Shown here piece after piece: positions 28,986-35,378 of a DNA stretch of 35,378 nt. Numbering within the stretch: the stretch's first letter is position 1; every line of letters starts with the position of its first letter. The notes under the pieces are model-generated. The model made no database searches, was not told the DNA's origin, and was given only the letters and a program-made list of their open reading frames with translations. A program made the translations under genes and the position numbers. The stretch lies in NCBI GenBank assembly GCA_964632315.1, contig CAZWEM010000042.1, positions 1,389 to 36,766 of the forward strand, in the 5' to 3' direction. This DNA is from an uncultured archaeon (lineage in GTDB: Archaea; Asgardarchaeota; Lokiarchaeia; Sigyniarchaeales; SOKP01).

Positions 28986-29418
28986 ATTTTTGAGAGTTTT
29001 GAATATAAATTATCACTATTAGATTTTTTCATTTGATTTTTATTAGGTTTTCCGTATCGGTTCGTGTGATTCTAGAGTAATTCAATATATCCAATTAAGA
29101 CTCAAGAATAATGGATCTTTCACGATTCGGATCATTTAAAAAAATAGAAACCATTAATATTTAAATATTTCGATACTAGTCGAATAATAAAATTGAAACC
29201 TTCAACAAATCAATTATAAAATCATGACAAAAATATAGATTTATGTAAATCGATTCGATAGATATAAATAGAGTAATATAAAAGCAATAATATCATAAGA
29301 ATAATTGGTTTTTTATTGTTCGTATTGTTATAAATACTTATAACCTTAAATTGACTCTATTAACATAAATAACGAGAAATAAATTTGACATTCATAAAAT
29401 TATTTAAAGGTGGCTGAT

Positions 29419-30108
29419 ATGGAAGAAAATCAAATTACACCGACAATTGATGTTTCATTTTGGAAAAATGATATTCGCTATCGAATATGGGGATTATTAA
29501 CGGTTTATCATGAATTAAGTTTTACTCAATTAGCAAAAAAGTTAGGAAAGTCAAAATCTACAATACACCCGCATTTACAGGAAATGATTAAGCTTGGAGT
29601 TGTTGAAATTTCTAAAAAAAAGCATGTTAGGGCCAATATAGAAGCCCATTATTATTCGCTAACTCCTAATGCGGCGGATATACTCTCACTTGCTGGTTTC
29701 GATACTTCGCGAGGATACGATAAGGAATTAATTAAAAAAATTGCTACCTCCAATAAATCTTTAGCAACCTATAATAAAAAGATCTTGGATAAACAGATCA
29801 GATTCTTTGAATATTTAGAAGAAACTGACTCGGATGATATCGTAGAAATCTACACTAAAATTTATAAAACAATAAATCGCACAAAAAATGATATGAGTCA
29901 TGTTTTTATGGGCCAATTCTTTCTCACAGAGGATCAATGGAAGAGATGGCAAAAAATGTATTTTAAATTAATCATGGAGTTTGAAGCAGAGTGTGTCAAA
30001 GAGCAAAAGGAACACCCTAATCAAGAAAAATACATTTATTGGTTTTCCATGGGTATACCTGTGAAAATTCTATTTGAAGAAATTGAATCAAAAGATTATA
30101 AAGAATAG
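29419..30108 (+). CDS. ArsR/winged-helix transcriptional regulator
   Basis: 'RYRIWGLL...ELSFTQLAKKLGKSKSTIHPHLQEM..LGVV...HYYSLT'; ATG at 29419 behind GGTGG SD preferred to GTG at 29410. Confidence 0.85.
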   Translation: MEENQITPTIDVSFWKNDIRYRIWGLLTVYHELSFTQLAKKLGKSKSTIHPHLQEMIKLGVVEISKKKHVRANIEAHYYSLTPNAADILSLAGFDTSRGYDKELIKKIATSNKSLATYNKKILDKQIRFFEYLEETDSDDIVEIYTKIYKTINRTKNDMSHVFMGQFFLTEDQWKRWQKMYFKLIMEFEAECVKEQKEHPNQEKYIYWFSMGIPVKILFEEIESKDYKE

Positions 30109-30157
30109 AGAATAAAAAAAAAGAGTTTAGCTTATATAAGCCAATTTGATTTAGTTC

Positions 30158-30535
30158 TTATTTGTGTTGGATGTATATGTAAATAAAAACTGTTACTTGT
30201 ACGATCCATATAATCGTGTTGACCCAAACAATAGGATGGGTGGGAAGGCCAAAGTGGATATATAACATTGCTAGAATTTCTAATAGAATCCATACAATTT
30301 GCTGGAGAACAACCATTTTCACGCATTCCCATTCCTTTTTCCTGTATGCCAGTAAGTTAAGGAAAGAATAACCTAAAAGAGCTACTCCAAATAGCCGTGG
30401 AATTCCTGGATCAGAATAAGGCCAATAGAGTATGTCTAAAAATATGTCCAAAAGAAAGATAAATGTCAATCCAAAGAACAATTGCAAGAGAAAGGAAAAA
30501 AAGAACCAATATTGTGTCAATTTTTCGATATTCAT
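30158..30535 (-). CDS. Small membrane protein, about 4 TMs, function unknown
   Basis: 125 aa, four hydrophobic segments, 'WPYSDP..PRLFG'; GAGG SD upstream. Confidence 0.75.
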   Translation of the reverse strand: MNIEKLTQYWFFFSFLLQLFFGLTFIFLLDIFLDILYWPYSDPGIPRLFGVALLGYSFLNLLAYRKKEWECVKMVVLQQIVWILLEILAMLYIHFGLPTHPIVWVNTIIWIVQVTVFIYIYIQHK

Positions 30536-30611
30536 TTAATTTCAACCTCTTTTTAATTAGATTTTTTTAAATTTTTGTTAAATAAAATTCGATTTTTCCG
30601 ATTATTTAGTT

Positions 30612-30657
30612 CTACTTTCATAAGTACTATGGAACTCCCATACATTCTGAAAGTAAA
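30612..30657. repeat. Composite inverted-repeat element, copy 2 (cTACTTTCA-N27-TGAAAGTAaa)
   Basis: Arms at 30613-30620 and 30648-30655; same 27-nt spacing and conserved core ATG(A/G)AA(G/C)TCCCA as copy 1. Confidence 0.7.
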
Positions 30658-30712
30658 GTTATTATACTAGATGGACTTTATGATTTCTTGATTAAAAAAA
30701 ATCACTACAAAT

Positions 30713-32617
30713 ATGGAAAAAATTAATTTCCCTTCTCAAGAAATCCTCAATCCTCGAAAATTAGCAAAAAAGAATTATGAGCATATAATTCTCTGGATGT
30801 TATATAACAATGAGGGATGTGAGTGGGCTAATTTCTCTAAGGAACCAATGAGTATACCCGAGGCTACACTTTCAAGATATTTAGGCATTCTAAATAAGAA
30901 AAGATTCATAGAAAAAGTGTCTCGAGGATATTATCAAATTACTCCAGAGGGGAAAAAAAGATTTCATGAATTATCCAAATATAAAGGAAAACGACGAAAA
31001 CTAAATTATCCTCCAAAAGTTATTTTAAAGAGTGGCAGAGATTACGATAAGTGGATTCTCTGGATGGTGTATAACAATGAATATTGTCGAAGGTCTGATT
31101 TCATAAAGGAACCCTTATCTATTAATCAGAATGCTTTGTCCAAAAACCTTAGATATCTTATTGAGAGCAAGTTTATCCTAAAAACTGATAATCTATATAA
31201 AATTACTCAATCAGGCAAGATAGAGTATTCCAAAATGCTACATGACTATGCCCTAGATCGGCAGACCATTTTAGAAGAGGAAAGTAAGCGTATTGATGAA
31301 ATTACTTTAAAAACCACTGAATTTTTTGAGGAATATAAAGTTAATGATAAAGAAGTTAAATTTCGCTTCTTAAACAAGGTATTAAGGTTGGATTATTCAA
31401 AAGTGAAAACTATATTAACGAATGAGTACGATTTTTATAAAATTCTATTATTCATATCAATAAATCATCCAGATTTTTATCCAAACTACCTCTCTCTCGA
31501 GAAATTTTCAAATCTATACCTAATTAAGAGAAAAATTCTTGATTATTGGATAGATGAAATCTTAACGGGAAAAATTTTTGATCTGAAATTACATCGGTTA
31601 GAAGTACCTCCAGATAAATATTATTATTTCGAAGCAAATCAAAAATTGGAAAAGATGCTTCGAGCAATTTCTACAGATCATATCACTAAGAGCAAGTATT
31701 TACAAAAATTTGGGTATTATAATGAGCATGAATTATTGCTTGAAAACATTATAAATGAGAGTTGTGAAGGTTTATTTCATGAGGATTTAATCGAATCTTT
31801 AAGAGAATTTTTACCAGGATATATCAGATATCTAGCATATAAAATTGAAACAAAGAAAAGATTAATGAATACTTATGATAAATTAGAGGGAATCATTTGG
31901 CAGGATATGGAAAGTATCGTTTATTCGCAAGGTTCTGTAACATTAGAAGACCAATATCAAGAAATATTGAAGGAAACTGAGAGAGTCATTGCTTTAGATC
32001 CACTTGATGATGATCCATATAATGAAAAAGTAAGAATTCTCATTTATTATAACCAATACACGAAAGTACTAGAATTTTTGGATGAAATGATCCAATTATT
32101 CCCTGAAAAGGAAATCAGCTTACAAATGAAAAAAGCATCTATTCTAAAAATGAAGAAAGATGTTAAGGGAGGGATGAATATCATAGAGAAGTTAATCAAG
32201 AAGCACCCAGAGAATCCCGATCTTCTGAATTATAAATCATTTTGGTTAAAGTATTTGGGGAAAAAAAAAGAAGCAATACAGATTATCCAACAACTAATAG
32301 AAGATAATCCTAAAAATGCTCTCTACTACGACACATTAGGAGAAATATTATTATATTTTGAGGATTTTAAGCAGGCTTCAACAAAATTCTTAAAAGTGAT
32401 TCTCTTAGATAAAGACAGTTGGTTTATTTATCAAACATATATTAAATTAGCAAGCTGTTATCTTGCATTAGAAGAGCACGATTTAGCAGAGAAAAATCTC
32501 AAGATGGGAACAAAATTAATACACGAAAAAATAAAAGATGTTGAAACAAAACAAAATTGGTTAACAATTGCCAATCTATTACGTGCCGATATGATGGAAC
32601 AAAGAAATGAGCTTTGA
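30713..32617 (+). CDS. Tandem winged-helix (x2) + C-terminal TPR protein, putative regulator
   Basis: Two ~65-aa repeats 'ILWM.YNNE.C....F..EP.SI....LS..L..L....FI.K....Y.IT..GK'; C-terminal TPRs ('NPKNALYYDTLGEIL'). Confidence 0.8.
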   Translation: MEKINFPSQEILNPRKLAKKNYEHIILWMLYNNEGCEWANFSKEPMSIPEATLSRYLGILNKKRFIEKVSRGYYQITPEGKKRFHELSKYKGKRRKLNYPPKVILKSGRDYDKWILWMVYNNEYCRRSDFIKEPLSINQNALSKNLRYLIESKFILKTDNLYKITQSGKIEYSKMLHDYALDRQTILEEESKRIDEITLKTTEFFEEYKVNDKEVKFRFLNKVLRLDYSKVKTILTNEYDFYKILLFISINHPDFYPNYLSLEKFSNLYLIKRKILDYWIDEILTGKIFDLKLHRLEVPPDKYYYFEANQKLEKMLRAISTDHITKSKYLQKFGYYNEHELLLENIINESCEGLFHEDLIESLREFLPGYIRYLAYKIETKKRLMNTYDKLEGIIWQDMESIVYSQGSVTLEDQYQEILKETERVIALDPLDDDPYNEKVRILIYYNQYTKVLEFLDEMIQLFPEKEISLQMKKASILKMKKDVKGGMNIIEKLIKKHPENPDLLNYKSFWLKYLGKKKEAIQIIQQLIEDNPKNALYYDTLGEILLYFEDFKQASTKFLKVILLDKDSWFIYQTYIKLASCYLALEEHDLAEKNLKMGTKLIHEKIKDVETKQNWLTIANLLRADMMEQRNEL

Positions 32618-32641
32618 AATCTTCTTAAAACTTACTTAGTT

Positions 32642-33175
32642 TTAAGAGTGGTGATATAATTTTACAATAAGATCATTAAAAGCATCAGTAACTCCTTGTC
32701 CTGTCTTAGCAGAGGTAAGGTAATAGTTAGGTATGTTCAAATCATCAAGGATTCGTTGGATTTTTGGTGTATCCAACTTATCTTCATCGATTAAATCGAT
32801 TTTGTTCGCAAAAAGGACAACCGGAATATTTCCACATCGATTTCTAAGTTCATTATACCAATCTGCTATATGGGAAAAACTTTCAGTTCCTAATTCATTT
32901 TCTTCAACACTATAGACAATTATACAGGCGTTACTCTCTTTATAAAATAAAGAGCTGAGAAAATCAAAACTGCTTTGGCCAGCAATATCCCAAAATATTA
33001 AGCTTATTTCATCTCCATCAACTTTTTTTTGTATTTTGGTAAACTGAGCTCCAATAGTTTTAATATAGTCTTCTTTAAAATTACCGTGGGTAAATTTCTT
33101 AATTAAAGAGGTTTTTCCTACTCCTCCATCCCCAATGACTACAATTTTGAATTTAAAAATTTGAGTACCATTCAT
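32642..33175 (-). CDS. Rab-like small GTPase (Ras superfamily)
   Basis: G1 GDGGVGKT, G2 KTIG, G3 WDIAGQ, G4 NKID, G5 TSAK; no C-terminal CaaX/CC tail. Confidence 0.95.
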   Translation of the reverse strand: MNGTQIFKFKIVVIGDGGVGKTSLIKKFTHGNFKEDYIKTIGAQFTKIQKKVDGDEISLIFWDIAGQSSFDFLSSLFYKESNACIIVYSVEENELGTESFSHIADWYNELRNRCGNIPVVLFANKIDLIDEDKLDTPKIQRILDDLNIPNYYLTSAKTGQGVTDAFNDLIVKLYHHS

Positions 33176-33302
33176 TTAGATTTTTTAACACGTAAAATTA
33201 TTATACCTCTTAATGTAAAATACATAAATGAACTAGGATATAAAAGTTAATAATTTTTAAGGAAAATGGAAAAAAATTCGTCTAACTTCTATTCTAGCCA
33301 AT

Positions 33303-35222
33303 TTATTCATTGAGAAAAATCTGAGTTATAAGAGAGTTAAGATTAGGTAAATCTTCAAGTTTAATCATTTGGTTTGCTATTTGATATTCATTAAATTTAT
33401 TCATCAAATCTTGATTCATTTCTAATCTTTCAATAAAGTGCTCGAGACGTTTTTGAGCAAAGAATGATTGTCCCTTAAAGATATAACATGCTAAAAATCT
33501 TGAAATTGGCTTCATTATTAAGGTAAACTCACCAAAGGAAGCCCGATCAAGCCCTTCAGAAAAGAGTTCACCGCTAAACGTGTTAAAAGCAGATAAAAAG
33601 CCACTAATTAGATCATCTTCAACCATAAATGTGTCAGCAAACAAGTTAGAGAACGTGGGAGTGCCTCCTTCAGATATTAATAAAATCATAATAGGATCTT
33701 CTTCTTTTATTTCTGAGGGCCCATTTCTACGTTTTTGAATCATAATATTTATCTGATCATCAATATTACTTAACTTCAATCGATCAGATAGTGATGATTC
33801 TGATTCTTTTAAATTCTCCCACAAATCTAATTTCTGAAGTAGATCGTCATGCTCACTTGAGATTTTTCTCACTAGAGGGTCAAAACCATAACTTTCAGCA
33901 ATATTCTGGGCTTTAGTTAACAATTGGCGAGCGTTTTTAATATCTAATGTTAATAGTGCTAATTCTGCTTGCAAAACATACGTTTCAGCATAATACCAAT
34001 AACTGTGCGACTTTTCTGTTAAATTCAATAATTGATTAATTAAGGGCTGTATCTCCTCGAGAATCTCTTTTTCACCCGTAATTTTAAGCTCATCAATTAG
34101 TAGATCGCATAACTGAATCAATCCCTCTATTTTAATATCAAAAACAACATCTTTATCTTCAATTAATGATCTAAACAAGTTCTCTGCTTTAGCACGATGT
34201 TGAATTCTAGGGCTCTTCTTGAGAATAAGAGCTTCGGTGTACTTATAATCCCGATTAATATAGGGGGTTTTTTCTATATCGCGCAATTGTTTTACTCTTT
34301 CTAAATGTTCCTTAGCTTTATTAATGTCACCTTTAATGAGTAAAACCTCCACCATGGTCACGTGATATCCTACTTTCATCCAATTATTTTTTAATGGTTC
34401 TGAAAAATCAATACATTTAGTTAATAATTCTACAGCTTCATCTAAATTTCCTTGTGCTCGATATACACCCGCCATATTATTCATAGTACCTAAATAGGAA
34501 CTTAAATCATTAGTTTTCTCGAAATATGCTAACGCTGACTTGTTATGTGATAAAGATTTTTCTAATTCTCCCTTAACATGATAAATATGACCTAAATAAA
34601 CATTAGCTTTAGCTAATAGCCGTTGATATTTTATTTGGTTGGCAATTTTAAGACATTGTTCTATATAATAAAAAGCTTTATCGAGATCCACCTCTACAAG
34701 GCGATAAAAATTGGACAATCCAAGAAGTGATTCAGCAATATCTCGTTTATTACCTATATTTTCACGTAATTCTAAACTCTTTTGAAAATATTTTAAAGAA
34801 TCCTTCTCGTGACCTTGATAAAAAGAAAGGAATCCTTTAATATAAGCCGTGTAAGCATCAATTTCAAGCTTAGCTTCAGGTCCAATAGAAAGCAGTTTAT
34901 ATATTTCTTCACTTGTTTCTAGTAATTTAGAACTCTTCCCTAAATCACCTATTATGATTGAAGAATTAGCCATATTTAGGAGTGCATTCATTGAATTTAG
35001 GTAATCTTTAGATCCTTTAGCTTTGTGATAAGCTTCCTCAGCAATTTTAAAAGCTTTTTCTGAATCTCCCAATCTAATAAGTAGGTTGCTTGCTAAAATT
35101 TCTTCTGATATTGATAATTTAGGGTTTTCAACTAATCTGTTTAAAAGAGGAATTGCTTCAAAATCTTTGCCCTCATTTAAAAGAGTCTCTGCCATATTTA
35201 AATCTTTATCTACACTAAACAT
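33303..35222 (-). CDS. TPR-repeat protein with C-terminal longin/roadblock-like domain
   Basis: Multiple TPRs ('SLKYFQKSLELRENIGNKRDIAESL'); C-terminal 'ILLISEGG.P.FS....DDLISGFLSAFNTFSGELF..GLDRASFGEFTLIM' alpha/beta longin-like segment. Confidence 0.8.
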   Translation of the reverse strand: MFSVDKDLNMAETLLNEGKDFEAIPLLNRLVENPKLSISEEILASNLLIRLGDSEKAFKIAEEAYHKAKGSKDYLNSMNALLNMANSSIIIGDLGKSSKLLETSEEIYKLLSIGPEAKLEIDAYTAYIKGFLSFYQGHEKDSLKYFQKSLELRENIGNKRDIAESLLGLSNFYRLVEVDLDKAFYYIEQCLKIANQIKYQRLLAKANVYLGHIYHVKGELEKSLSHNKSALAYFEKTNDLSSYLGTMNNMAGVYRAQGNLDEAVELLTKCIDFSEPLKNNWMKVGYHVTMVEVLLIKGDINKAKEHLERVKQLRDIEKTPYINRDYKYTEALILKKSPRIQHRAKAENLFRSLIEDKDVVFDIKIEGLIQLCDLLIDELKITGEKEILEEIQPLINQLLNLTEKSHSYWYYAETYVLQAELALLTLDIKNARQLLTKAQNIAESYGFDPLVRKISSEHDDLLQKLDLWENLKESESSLSDRLKLSNIDDQINIMIQKRRNGPSEIKEEDPIMILLISEGGTPTFSNLFADTFMVEDDLISGFLSAFNTFSGELFSEGLDRASFGEFTLIMKPISRFLACYIFKGQSFFAQKRLEHFIERLEMNQDLMNKFNEYQIANQMIKLEDLPNLNSLITQIFLNE

Positions 35223-35378
35223 ATTTTCTCAGATGAGTTTTTATTGATTGGATTATAGTTCTATATACTAATTTTTTGGACTGTTCTAAGGTAAATTTAA
35301 TTAAATTAAGATATAAAATTTTACAAAATTAGTTCAAAATAAAATTAAAATATAAAATAAATTAGTGGGGATTTCATT

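Noticed and set aside
30612-30657. Reading the composite element as a conserved RNA hairpin (inner TATGG/CCATA stem)
   Set aside because: Copy 1 keeps the spacing and half-site sequence but not the inner pairing, which favours a DNA-level site
4023-32915. Other 60-177 aa tracked ORFs (4023, 7303, 9650, 11607, 13296, 14165, 14615, 16691, 17437, 18242, 18785, 22649, 27317, 28180, 28296, 30132, 32733)
   Set aside because: All lie essentially within longer conserved CDSs, on the opposite strand or in an alternative frame
1-35378. CRISPR array, tRNA/rRNA, transposase or integrase
   Set aside because: No regularly spaced repeats, no GC-rich structured RNA segments and no DDE or tyrosine-recombinase motifs recognised

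Overview
This is an AT-rich, gene-dense archaeal window, very probably from an Asgard archaeon (Lokiarchaeia/Promethearchaeota). That assignment is inferred from a Rab-like small GTPase, a TPR + longin-like protein, a tandem-wHTH + TPR protein, multiple UroD/MtaA-like and GPH-transporter paralogues, TATA/BRE promoters and T-tract terminators. The left two-thirds is an organic-matter scavenging region: SCP2, PIG-L deacetylase, DMT, GH172/DUF2961, MFS, sulfatase, YjbQ, crotonase, TetR + EFR1 ferredoxin, two UroD/MtaA-like proteins, a GH36-like enzyme, a CbiR-like enzyme, two GPH symporters and an esterase, plus a bacterial-type valS. Next is a ~5.2-kb surface-protein gene interrupted by one in-frame TGA and probably a terminal frameshift. 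The right end holds an Fe-S protein, two regulators and a GTPase/TPR-longin pair. Notable signals outside the ORF track: (1) a conserved ~46-bp composite inverted-repeat element, TACTTTCA-N27-TGAAAGTA, present twice in direct orientation 1672 bp apart and bracketing a two-gene module; (2) two genes that appear to start at ATT behind a Shine-Dalgarno; (3) several operator-like palindromes next to TATA boxes. No rRNA, tRNA, CRISPR array, transposase or integrase was recognised.
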